A stretch of 54,596 nucleotides of DNA from Aplysia californica (lineage: Eukaryota): positions 131,540-186,135 of the forward strand of contig NW_004797328.1 of the NCBI RefSeq assembly GCF_000002075.1, written 5' to 3'. Every line of letters starts with the position of its first letter. Position 1 is the stretch's first letter. Positions 12,508-23,804 of this stretch are shown in pieces. A program made the translations under genes and the position numbers. Below the pieces are notes generated by a model. The model was not told the DNA's origin, did no database searches, and saw only the letters and a program-made list of their open reading frames with translations.

Positions 12508-13770
12508 ATGCAGCTTCCACGTGTGCTTTTGATCCCTTTTACAATCTCTGTCATTGTTGGATGTACATTTTCAGAAGATAACTTTAATACAAGCAACTCG
12601 TACTCCAAGGAAGATGGCGGCGTCGCATCCTATTATTATGACTGGAACTTGTCATTGGAAAAGGCGTCTAAAGAGGTATTTAAGTGGGAGGCTGGCGTAA
12701 CTCAAGGACTACAATTCCATATCGACTATTGTGACCAAAGCAGTTACATTAACGAAGATAGCTCTACGCAGAAAAGGTCTACGTATTGTTTTCAGGATTG
12801 CTCAAATTCCAAGTCGTGTTACGTCTACGGTACATGTTGCCCTTTTTATCATCAGACTTGGGCTCAACGAATTTTTGATGAAGTTGACAGACTCACCGAA
12901 AATACAACAACAGATCGACCTGAAAGGAATATTTCTTCTAATCACGACAATAGACATTCAGATTTTGTACGCCTTGAGTGCACAGAATTCGATTATAATG
13001 ATAAGTACCACTTCATCTTCTCGGAATCAAAATGTCCAGAGAGTGAATCAAACAGCACGCTGCGGAACCTATGTGAGGCGAGCCCTTGTGAAAGTCTACA
13101 GGGCTGTACCCCTATCTCACGCAAATCCACAGGGATTGTGTATAGAAATGTCTACTGTCTACTGTGCAATGTAAATGGCTACACGGGCCGTGTAGAGACG
13201 GCGAGCGATGGGAATGGATATGGGTATATCCTGTCACTCAACAACAGCACGACGGTATATTATTACAAGTGGTCCGTCCAGATTTCTTGCAGACATTACC
13301 AGACGTTATACACCATCATGTCAGAGGAAGAACTGTTTCTGAAGTCACGTAAGTTAGACCAGTTGTGTGACATCCGAATCTCCCCTCCCTCGGAAAAAGT
13401 TGTACCACCTCCACAGAAGTGTGACCCTGACTTCAACCTCCCCACGGCCCTCGACAGCGGAAGTGAGGCTGGATCTTGTGTGATCAACGATACGAGGCTC
13501 ATTCACTACTGCAAACATATAACACACCCGGTGTTCAGAACGAGTGAAGGCGGACTGAACCTGTTCTGTTTACTGTGCCAGGGGTTCCAACTCTGGAAGG
13601 TTCCGACCTCTGGAGGGCCATTCCCCCCTCCAGGTACTACTGGTATGGCACCACCGCCGGGCTACGTGACCCCAATATCCTTGCTTCTGGGAGTGACCAA
13701 CAAGATTTATGCCGAAATTACACTTAATGACGTGTGCTCTAACATTACATGGAGAGATAACCAAGACCTG
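12508..13770 (+). CDS. GPCR ectodomain exon copy 3 (intact, 421 codons), splices in frame to the 7TM exon at 21792
   Basis: MQLPRVLLIPFTISVIVGC signal-like start, Cys-rich ectodomain, phase-0 donor CTG|GTGAGC at 13770/13771. Confidence 0.85.
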
Positions 13771-13837
13771 GTGAGCGAATAAACTGTTGATTTGCCCCCC
13801 CCCCCCTAACCCCACCTCATTGTTCCTCCCCATTTAA

Positions 13838-14132
13838 CCCTTACAGCCCCAGTCACTTACATATACACGTGTATTTCCCTCACAGGGCACCGCCAGTTCA
13901 AACCCAGTTGCGTGTTTTTATCGTAATCTATTCAAATTTCTCAGAATAACATTTAATACACAATGTATAATTTTCTTAAACTTCAAAAAGCCGTGCAGAA
14001 TTTTTCTTTTCTTTATATGTCCTCAAAAAATAGCAGACCTCATCATTATTGATTGGGCGTGAGGTGTCAAGGACATCAGTATTACCTGGGTCAGAGGGAA
14101 GTGAGGATAGACATAGCCCGGAGTTGTAAGGG
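13838..14132. mobile_element. piggyBac-type MITE (~295 bp)
   Basis: TTAA|CCCTTACA ... TGTAAGGG|TTAA: inverted termini with TTAA on both sides. Confidence 0.6.
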
Positions 14133-15184
14133 TTAAGAAACGTTCTTCTCACATGACACCACGGGGACCCGAGTGGAGACCCNNNNNNNNNNNNNNNNNN
14201 NNNNNNNNNNNNNNNNNNNNNNNNNNNNNNNNNNNNNNNNNNNNNNNNNNNNNNNNNNNNNNNNNNNNNNNNNNNNNNNNNNNNNNNNNNNNNNNNNNNN
14301 NNNNNNNNNNNNNNNNNNNNNNNNNNNNNNNNNNNNNNNNNNNNNNNNNNNNNNNNNNNNNNNNNNNNNNNNNNNNNNNNNNNTATGCAGCAGGAAAACA
14401 CCAACACCACTACTAGGCCTGGTGTGNNNNNNNNNNNNNNNNNNNNNNNNNNNNNNNNNNNNNNNNNNNNNNNNNNNNNNNNNNNNNNNNNNNNNNNNNN
14501 NNNNNNNNNNNNNNNNNNNNNNNNNNNNNNNNNNNNNNNNNNNNNNNNNNNNNNNNNNNNNNNNNNNNNNNNNNNNNNNNNNNNNNNNNNGACCACATTG
14601 ACGAAGGCCAAAATATTCACTTTTTAAAAAAGTTCAAACGACTGGAATTTTCTTTAAAATTGACATGTCTATTTTTTTAATTGCAAAAATGAGGGTGGTC
14701 ACGAGCAAATGGACACATTTTGAGGCGCTGGTTTTAAAAAAAATTGGCTTATTATTTAGATCCACCCAATAAGTACATATTTTTAATCGATCCATGCTCG
14801 AACCTCCAGTAGGCCACAAAGGTACAGTCGCCGCGACGGTGTCTCAAAATTTGCTCACAGAAGCGGTCGCTGAAACACCGCGAAGGTTCCGCAACGGTTT
14901 CTGTAGCGGCATCCCGTCTCATGAGAACAGCTGCAAGTGACCAAACACAAAGCAGCGTTTTCCAAAACACAGTCGACGGACTTCTGTTATTCGTCGCCGT
15001 TCCGTCGCTGCGCACCGCTCCATGTGAATTGGCTTTAGGTAATGCAAATAGGGCCTTTTACACACTGAGACCTTTCGGATCTGTAAAATTCAGGAGAAAA
15101 AAAAAGAATAAGGTGAACTTGATGATCACTTTTTAAAATAAAAAACATAATTTTTATTGAAATCTTTTCTTGTTCGCGGCTCGA

Positions 15185-15570
15185 ACAGTCCGAGCAACAC
15201 TATGGAAGATAATGAGACACCACGGAATCCCACAGAAGTTGGTGAACCTCATCAAGATCATGTCCGAAGGGACAAGTTGCAGGGTTGTACATGATGGCCA
15301 GCTCTCTGAAAGCTTTGACATCAAGACTGGTGTGAGACAGGGATGTTTATTATTACCATTCCTCTTCATATTGGCAGTTGACTGGCTGATGAAGGAAACC
15401 ACCAGAGGACACAGAAATGGTATACAGTGAAGAATCACAGAAATCGATGTACAGAAAAGTGGGAAGACATGGAATAACATCAAGAGGCTAGCCCAGGATA
15501 GAGAAAGGTGGAAGGTGTTTGTCCGTGGCCTATACCCTGGTGCAGGGTGAGAAAGACAGTGGTGATGATG
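15185..15570 (+). mobile_element. Internally deleted RTE-clade LINE
   Basis: LWKIMRHHGIPQKLVNLI...IKTGVRQGCLLLPFLFILAVDW fused directly to the 3'-end TWNNIKRLAQDRERW. Confidence 0.8.
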
Positions 15571-16869
15571 CTCGAACAGTATATCTAGATTTAGCACCGC
15601 TGACCACAACAAGGCGCTCGTATCGAACTTCTGGAATCGGATATATGACGGAGAAGCTGCTAGAAGCTTCAGCTTCAATTTTAGCACACCTTAAGGTTGG
15701 CTAAACGGAAATGAATCTCTGTCGATGTTGTTGATATGAGAGAATATAAAGTAGCCAACCATGTGTAATTACCCACCAATAAGCTCGGCGTAATATTCTA
15801 TCTCATTTGCGGAACCGATGCTAAACAGCATGTGCAACAGCAGCATGCTAGCAGCAAGGATTCATGGACGATGGGGCGTTGTTTAGCCAAACACCATTGC
15901 CAGTCAACGCCGATGTTAGAAAACATTGTGAACGTCTAAGATGAACCGGCTATCTTAGTGGATTTTAAAATGTTGTCAGTTTATTTATTTTTTTGTACCC
16001 GATATTAAACAACGCTTTTTGGGTGTGGGCACAGGATCCATACAATAATTCACAGTATCCCAGCCTACAATGAATCGCTCTTTGTGAGACAATAACGCAT
16101 TAGTATATTGATTAATTAACCCAGTCTTAACCCCCTTCATACTCTATGAAGACCTAGGCTTTGCATGAGTAAAAGAAGAGTGTAGACGAAATGATATAAA
16201 AGCAATCCATTTTGTTAGTATGAAATCATTGTCCTTTTTCTTAACAAACTCAATTACTCGCTTTGTCTCCCTCCACCCCTCCCCCACCCCACCCGGGGAA
16301 AACAAACAATACCTCATATGGTCGCTTTTAAACACAAAGGGGATATCCCGAAAAATGCTGTTTTGAGAAAATCGAAGGTAAAGTTTTCGCCCCTTGTTCA
16401 GTTTCTTTAAAAGACAAGGAGAGTGTTTTCTATAACAAACAAAATATACACACCAATGAAACCAAACTTATGCTATAGGTAGGGCAATGCCCACTTTGGT
16501 GTTGGTCAAGATTTCTGGAAACCCCATGAAATCTGGGTTAGCCCGCTTGTCCTTAAAAGAGGCCATATTATATCTCTCTGTTCATTTGAAGCCTTTTTAA
16601 GTGCATTTATATTTCCCACAATCGGTCAGCAGGTGCAGTATTGTATATGTGTGTAGTATATTATATGATTAAAGAACAACAGCAAACAAAAAGAAAATTT
16701 AAAATAAAACTGAACTGAGATTCAAACTCTATGAAGACCTAGGCGTTGCGAGGGACGTGCGGCGCGACAGCGTTGTTTCGAATCCTCTCAAAAATGACGA
16801 CAAAGCAAGTTGAGTGGGCCTGCATAGCCATAGAGAGTTTACGTGGTTGACCTCATAGCTGCGACCCCG

Positions 16870-17823
16870 TCTAGTACGACATGTATTACAATTACCTCTT
16901 AGGGGGGAACGCATACTACTTTTCAAAACAAAATGTATACGCATTTTATTATATTTCCTACTATTTGAGAAAGTATCAGCTGCTCTCAACCGTGAACCTG
17001 GATTTCCTTATTAACATCAATCTTCATTTCTGTGTTGATAATTGTTTGAAGAAAAGGTTACGGTTCTTGCAGGATGTAATAGGCCCTACGATCTTTGCAA
17101 AACATGCATCTCATTTGATGAGTACAGTATCCACTTAGCTTTGGGACAGTATAAACTGTCTTCAGCAGAGAGTGTGAACTTCATCACAAAACCCTCTTTC
17201 GGTCCCCATATATTCTTTTACCTTGAGAATGTAAACGACATAGTTTGCGAAAACAGTATGAAATCACATCTTAATCATTTGAGGAGCTACCGATGTTCTT
17301 ACTCTTCACTTAATCAACATCGTGGAAGTTTCAACTACCTTCAACAGTGAACGTGGTTTTCACTACTTAAACGATAAGCCTTAGTCATGTGTTTATCAAA
17401 GATCAATTGCTGATAGAAGCGGAGAGGTCCGATTAGAGTACCGATCTGCGGAAAACAGAATTCGCTGGCACTATGTCCGAGGAATTTATTTCCCCTCTGA
17501 ATTTGTTGTAAATACAGCCTTCCCCTTAACGCAACCAACGTGGAATTTAGATTTTTACATTAAACTTTATTTCTGTGTTGTTGATGATAGTTGATACAAC
17601 GGCAAGGCCTGCTGTGGGAATATATACTATTGATCTTTGAGAAAACAATGCCTATTTTATTAGTGGAGTTCGATCAACTAAGCCCCGTGAGAGTGTCAAC
17701 CGTCACAAGCAATGAATGTGAATTTCATTATAAAAAGCGCTACGGTTTTTTCCTGAGTGTTGTTACGCCCCCCCAAAAGCGGAGCCTTCAGTCCTAGACT
17801 TGGAGCGTTTCCACACGCTCACG
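16870..17823 (+). promoter_or_regulatory. Duplicated upstream region of copy 4, TATAAAAAG at 17729-17737
   Basis: Colinear with 11560-12507. Confidence 0.5.
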
Positions 17824-18129
17824 ATGAAGATTCCACGTGTGATGTTTATCCCCTTAACTATCTCTGTCGTCGTTAGATGTACTTTTTCAGAAGACAACTT
17901 CAATATACGCAACTCGTATTCTGAGGAAGATGACAGCGTCGCGTCCTATTATTATGACTTGTTGTTGGAAGATGCGTCTAAAGAGGTGTTTGAGTGGGAG
18001 GCTGGTGTTACTGAAAGACTACAATTCCATATCGACTATTGTGACCAAAGCAGTTACATTAACGAAGATAGCTCTACGCAGAAATGGTCTACGTATTGTT
18101 TCCCGGACTGCTCAAATTCCAAGTCGTGT
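17824..18129 (+). CDS. GPCR ectodomain exon copy 4 (5' part only; rest in gap 18130-18229)
   Basis: MKIPRVMFIPLTISVVVRC...EWEAGVTERLQFHIDYCDQ...CSNSKSC; closest to copy 3. Confidence 0.75.
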
Positions 18130-18229
18130 NNNNNNNNNNNNNNNNNNNNNNNNNNNNNNNNNNNNNNNNNNNNNNNNNNNNNNNNNNNNNNNNNNNNNNN
18201 NNNNNNNNNNNNNNNNNNNNNNNNNNNNN

Positions 18230-18272
<43 letters not shown>

Positions 18273-18794
18273 AACTCACGCACACCAACACAAGATCTCG
18301 TCGGGCGTCACCGTCTAATCCGTTTTCTCCGGCTCACCCCACGTCGTCAGTTTTATATTTGTAAATTAGCCTCAATTAAATAATCATCAGTAATACTATC
18401 GGGATTCGTTATCGACAGTAGTTTTAGTCCATTTAGTCTAGTTAGCAGGTTTGGCTGTTTCATTAATACACTGTATATCAGAGTCAGGACTGCGCTTTTC
18501 CAATAATAGCAATGCACAGCAAGATATAACTATGCATCCTACTCTCTTTCAACAAATTTAACTTTTGTCATCAGGAATTTGAAAAAAAAAAATATCATTT
18601 TTGCGTTGTGTACTTATATTAAATTCTTTCCCTTCCATGAAATTGTCAAGTCTCCTACTCACTCACACCCTAGCACTTGTTGCCCCTGTTCCCCGAAGAA
18701 GAAAAAAAAAAAGAAACATCCCAACAACAACTGTTTTAAAAAGTCGAAAGTGATATATGTGCTCAATTTTTTTATACAGCTGTGAATACTTGCT

Positions 18795-19625
18795 TACTTT
18801 TACTTTTTCATCATCTGTTGCCGTTAAGCGTCGAGGGGAGATGCAGTTTTCTATGGTAGGCCAGCTCCGCAGCTCTTTCAGTTGTGATATTATGTTTTCT
18901 GTGGGTTTCCTTGACACCCTCGATCCACCTTTTGCGTGGCCTTCCTCTTCCTTTATAGCACGAGTGCTTGGTGTTGTAGGCTCTCGAGGCTGGCTGGTCA
19001 GGTGACATGCGTAACAGGTGGCCAAACCATTTTATCCTCTGTCTTTTCATGTAACACAGGCAGGACTCAGTGTCGATAGCTGCTCTTACTTCTTCATGTC
19101 TCTACATGTCTCATCTTGTGATGTTAAAGGTTTTGTGGAGACATTTCATTTCGCATGCGGGGATTTTGCTTTCATGGGTTTTGCTTAAAGTCCAGGTCTG
19201 GCACTGATAACATAATGTTGGCAAGAATATTGAGGTGATAAGCTGTCTCTTTGTGTCCATGGGGGTGTTTGGGTGAGATAGGAGGGGTGCGAGCTGGTAG
19301 GTGACTGCGTTAGCTTTTTGAGTTCGCATTTCTATTTCTCTGTCTATTGACCCGTTTTCAGAAAAAGTGCTGCCAAGATATTCAAACCCCATCACCTGTT
19401 TCAGTTGTTTACTATTGACGTGGATGATCAGGGGACTATGGTTTCGGCTCACTTTCATAACTTCTGTTTTTGATGTGCTTATTTCCATGTTGAATTTCTC
19501 ACAGGTGTTGATGAGTTCGGCAGTGTAATTTTGGAGGCTTTGTTGGTCATGATGAATAAGATATTGGTCGTCAGCGAACAGAAATTCATTTAGGCTTTCT
19601 GGGCTTTGGTTTGCGCCTTGCGTGA
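18795..19625 (-). mobile_element. 5'-truncated RTE-clade LINE
   Basis: FLFADD, FEYLGS, IFLPTLCYQCQTW, WFGHLLRM...GRGRPRKRW. Confidence 0.85.
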
Positions 19626-19839
19626 AAGCTGGAGACAAATTACCGAAGACAGTGGAAATGAAATAAAACCAACAGTTAGTTATGCTTTCAATACACATCA
19701 TTTGTCTGACATATATTCAAGTCTCCATTATGTTAGATTCTATTAGTTATTTCTACCGCACAGCAATGATATAGTGAGTTGGGGGTTTTTTCAAATGTTT
19801 TTTGTGTGTGTTTTTTAAATATATTTTCATTTTACATTT

Positions 19840-20170
19840 TGGCCTCCATTTCCCTGTGAATTTGCTCTCGATTGTGGACATAGTCCTCGAGATCACGCTT
19901 TGTTAGAACCAATTTTATCCTTATCTATACGGTCACCTCACACAACAAAGCTATCACAATCACCAAAACATTTAAAGCAGCATGCAAAATACTTTTTAAA
20001 CACCCCGGTGCGGAGCTAATCTTCACCTATGGCTCTAAATCAGACTCAACTGTGGGCGCCACCGCCTTGTCTTCAAACAGAAGGCTACACACCAGATGAT
20101 ACTCCATCGCGAAGCCACCATTTTCTCAGCGGAGGCTACTGCCATTGACATGGCCTTGGACTCCGTATAC
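19840..20170 (+). mobile_element. I/Nimb LINE RNase H fragment
   Basis: IFTYGSK...VGA and ATIFSAEATAIDMAL match RNase H motifs (IYTDGSK, SIFTAEA.AI). Confidence 0.65.
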
Positions 20171-20339
20171 CCCCCCNNNNNNNNNNNNNNNNNNNNNNNN
20201 NNNNNNNNNNNNNNNNNNNNNNNNNNNNNNNNNNNNNNNNNNNNNNNNNNNNNNNNNNNNNNNNNNNNNNNNNNNNNNNNNNNNNNNNNNNNNNNNNNNN
20301 NNNNNNNNNNNNNNNNNNNNNNNNNNNNTATATATACAC

Positions 20340-21405
20340 ACAACGACATGTGACGGTCGCACACCTTTCCGAAGTCTTGGCGACTTGCCACAGTCATTCC
20401 ATTTCCCAAACTAAACAAAGACCACAAACGCCCATTCAACTACAGACCAATCGCCCAAACATGCGGTCTGTGCAAACTAATAGAAAAAAACATGATTAAC
20501 AAGCGACTCGTGTGTTTTCTGGGGACGACGAGCTCGCTGGGTGGTCTCCAGTGCCGATTCGGGAAAACTCGATCCATCCTATCTGACTCTCTGTCTTGCA
20601 TCACCTCACTTACAAAATACACACTCTTATACCCGAAAACAGGTTACAACAAAAAAATACACGTTTTGACTGAAACAGGGGCAAGTATCGTGTTTGCGAG
20701 GCTACCTTAGCTATGCGGGCATCCGAGGAAACGAGCAGGTGGATCTCCTGGCGAAGGAATCCTTCCCATCTGTTGGGATCAACGACAAACACTCTCCCAC
20801 AGACTGACTTTAGAAAAAAAGTTTTTTTTAAAATACACCTTCAGTCTGTGGGAGACGCATTGAAGAAAACAAATAAATAATAAACTTCACAACATCATGC
20901 CCAAACTGGGTCCACGAAAACTTTCGGGCCTCTCCAGAAGAGACGAAGCCATTCTTATTCGATTACTCGGGCACACCTCTCTGAGACATCATAAATACCT
21001 CCTTTAGGGAGATGAAAAATTTGTAACCCAAGTTTGAACATAAGACACATCTTTACAAAATGTCCAGACTTTGGAGAGACCCGTGGGAAGTATTTTAAGA
21101 TCGCAAAACTAAAACTGAAAGATCTGTTCTCTGTCATTGATCCCAACAGAATTCTCGATTTCATAAAGGCCATTGGCCTTTACAATAAATTATAAATACC
21201 GCAATTTTATCTTAAGTACCGTAAGTTATCATTTTTAGATTGATATTTTACCACACATTTTTAACATTTTAATTGACTCATTGGTGTAAACCGAGCTTTG
21301 CTGTGAACTGTTGAGAAAGCAACTAACTTGTGTTTCCAGGGCTCATATTAATATGACCATCATTATGCAGTTGCGAGCGCCGTAAAACTCTTACTAAATT
21401 AAACT
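20340..21405 (+). mobile_element. Decayed I/Nimb-clade LINE (paralog of 2545-3801)
   Basis: Colinear with 2545-3801, including the same internal junctions; same 3' terminus. Confidence 0.7.
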
Positions 21406-21608
21406 ATCTATACGCTCTGCCTGCACCATGCTGAAGCCTGCCCCAATACCTAGTCAGCTTTTCTTTTTTTCTGTGTTTCTTTTGAGATGTATTCCTGATG
21501 AATCCTGAATCTGGGCAAAAGGTTGAATATTGTTTTAATGAATACACCCAGCTTGCCTGAAATATTATTAAAGTCTCCATTATACATAATATTCTCTACT
21601 GTAAAACA

Positions 21609-21662
21609 ATGACAACGACGACGACGACAACGATGACGACGACGACGACGACGATGATGATA

Positions 21663-21715
<53 letters not shown>
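21609..21715 (+). repeat. (GAC)n(GAT)n microsatellite in the intron before the 7TM exon
   Basis: Seen directly; produces the spurious poly-T/poly-M start of ORF 21609. Confidence 0.95.
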
Positions 21716-21716
<1 letters not shown>

Positions 21717-21791
21717 GCTGTGGGATGCAATGTTTTGTTTTGGGGGATTTTCATACTGCAAGTTGTCTTTAGTGTTTGTTTGTATTTTCAG

Positions 21792-23762
21792 CAAGGTGGC
21801 TGTGAGAGAGCATCATGTTCCCCCGGTAAGCGCCTGGAGACCAGTGGTAACTGTGCTACAGCTGTAGACGGGATCAGAGGCCTGAGCTACGTTCTGTCAG
21901 TCACTCTGTCTCCAGACAGGAAAGTTGCTGTCTCCGAAACCCTAGTGAAACTTTTGAGCCATCTCATTCATAACAAGTTCTCTCCCATGTGTGAAGACCG
22001 CGAAGTGCACATGTATTTGACAGTTTTTGTCAATCCATCCGGGGTTCAGATTCTGAAGTCGGTCAGCTTTACGGCTTACATCATGGGCAAAATCAGTATC
22101 GCCAGAGACGAACTTGAGACGGGTATTCTGGGATTGCTGCAGGAAGCGTGGGTGGTGAATAGGACAAGCCAGGAACAACAACCGCTTGTTACCTTTAAAC
22201 CTATTGTCATGGGATACCATCTTCATCAGCGACTGAACCGTTCTAATGCAGAAGTTTACAATTATTCGTTGTCCGCGGACTTTACTAATGTTATCCAGGA
22301 GAGTGTAGGTCAACCTTTGTCTGACCCCGTTCTAGAGCCACAGGAACTACTTGAGCTGATGAATTGCCCCGAACCCGAAACAGCCGAGTTCACTGAGGAA
22401 AAAACTCTCGTTCTCAGACTTGGATTTACCGTACCAGAAATTGAACATCGGTGGCATTCGAAGGACACATTTATAGACCTCACAAACACAATCTCATGCC
22501 CCTTTGTCAGTGTGAGTATACTTGAGAACTTTACTCGCGAGTCAGAGAGCGATGAAATCATTTTCCACGTTCCTTATAAAAACGGGGTGGTCGATGTGTC
22601 TTACAGCGCGGAAAATATGGCGTACGTGGACAAAAATCTTCTACACGTTTGTATTGACAGCTACAAGCAAATCCATTTTCCTGTTATGAGAGCTGTGAAA
22701 AGTTTACTGGAGACAGCCCAGCACTATTTCGAAATTACGTGTTTTAGCGTGTCGACGGCGTGTCTCATGGTGACGGTGTTCACATACTGTCTGTTCCCAA
22801 GCCTCCGCTCCGTCCCAGGCAAGAATAACATCGGTCTGTGTGTCTCTCTCGCTCTTGCTCAGATCTTTCTCCTCGTCTCTGTAGAGCATGGAAATCGTGG
22901 AGAGATTCCTCCTGCCGCCTGCTTGACCAATGCCGTTCTCTTACACTTAGCCTGGCTGTCTGCCTTCGCCTGGATGTGTGTGTGCTGTGTCCACATGTAC
23001 CGAGTGTTCCGCTCGTCTGCTGGTCCCCAACGGTCTAATCCTCGCTCGGACAACAGGCGTCATCTGCGGTACTGTTTGGGGGCCTATGGCTGTGCCATTT
23101 TGATAGTCCTACTAACGGTTGTGCTCAACTTAGCTTTGTCTCGGGGAGAGTCTTTCGGCTACGACAAGCACTTGTGTTTCTTAGATACATCCAGATCCAT
23201 CCTGACTTTTCTCCTGTCAATGCTGGTACCGATGTGTGTTATGATTCTCTGTAACGCTTTCCTGTTCTCGTTAACCGTTTGGGAAATCGCTCGAGTGGCC
23301 CGCCTGGGTCAACAACAATGTAGCACCCGAGAGAGACAGGGGGTCATGACTTACGTCAAACTGTCCACTCTGTCCGGTGTCTTCTGGGCTTTGGCTATCC
23401 TTACCGCCCAACTTAACATCACAGTCCTCAATTTCGTGGTGTCGTCGTTGATAGCTCTTCAAGGTGTTTACATTTTCCTTTCCTTCATTGTCAACCGTCG
23501 GGTTGGTTTGCTCTATGAGGGACTGATGAACCGCAACAACACGGCCAAAACCAACGAGCCCACGAATTCTACCAAGGACAGAGATAAGTATCGACCTTCC
23601 ACTGCCTCCGGACGTTCGACTAAGTCCGTGGGTGAGGAGGCGGGAAACATCTACAGCGTGTCTCTACAGGTCAGCGGGTCGAATGACGTCACACAGAACA
23701 CCGCCGTCAGAAGGACAAGTGTGATTGACACCTCTCCTCATACACTGGTGCAGCGGCTTTGA
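21792..23762 (+). CDS. Family B (Methuselah-like / adhesion-type, 7tm_2) GPCR C-terminal exon: membrane-proximal ectodomain, 7TM and tail (656 aa)
   Basis: Acceptor tgtattttcAG|CAAGGT (phase 0). Seven hydrophobic helices from YFEITCFSVS. The TYCLFPSLRSVPGKNN loop 1, C..NAVLLHLAWLSAFAWM (TM3) and ALQGVYIFLSFI (TM7) motifs are typical of Mth-like family-B receptors. No obvious GPS cleavage motif. Joined to copy 3 it gives about 1077 aa. Confidence 0.9.
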   Translation, partial: QGGCERASCSPGKRLETSGNCATAVDGIRGLSYVLSVTLSPDRKVAVSETLVKLLSHLIHNKFSPMCEDREVHMYLTVFVNPSGVQILKSVSFTAYIMGKISIARDELETGILGLLQEAWVVNRTSQEQQPLVTFKPIVMGYHLHQRLNRSNAEVYNYSLSADFTNVIQESVGQPLSDPVLEPQELLELMNCPEPETAEFTEEKTLVLRLGFTVPEIEHRWHSKDTFIDLTNTISCPFVSVSILENFTRESESDEIIFHVPYKNGVVDVSYSAENMAYVDKNLLHVCIDSYKQIHFPVMRAVKSLLETAQHYFEITCFSVSTACLMVTVFTYCLFPSLRSVPGKNNIGLCVSLALAQIFLLVSVEHGNRGEIPPAACLTNAVLLHLAWLSAFAWMCVCCVHMYRVFRSSAGPQRSNPRSDNRRHLRYCLGAYGCAILIVLLTVVLNLALSRGESFGYDKHLCFLDTSRSILTFLLSMLVPMCVMILCNAFLFSLTVWEIARVARLGQQQCSTRERQGVMTYVKLSTLSGVFWALAILTAQLNITVLNFVVSSLIALQGVYIFLSFIVNRRVGLLYEGLMNRNNTAKTNEPTNSTKDRDKYRPSTASGRSTKSVGEEAGNIYSVSLQVSGSNDVTQNTAVRRTSVIDTSPHTLVQRL

Positions 23763-23804
23763 GTTTGACAATTCAAGCAAATTAGTTTTGGGTTTTTTTA
23801 AATT

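Noticed and set aside
1388-18129. Four ectodomain copies as unmerged haplotypes
   Set aside because: There are more than two copies, with heavy substitution and indel divergence and different TE flanks, unlike the near-identical ETFDH duplicate.
21609-21791. Poly-Thr/poly-Met N-terminus of the 717-aa ORF
   Set aside because: It is a translated (GAC)n(GAT)n microsatellite plus pyrimidine tract. A good acceptor at 21790-21791 marks the real exon start.
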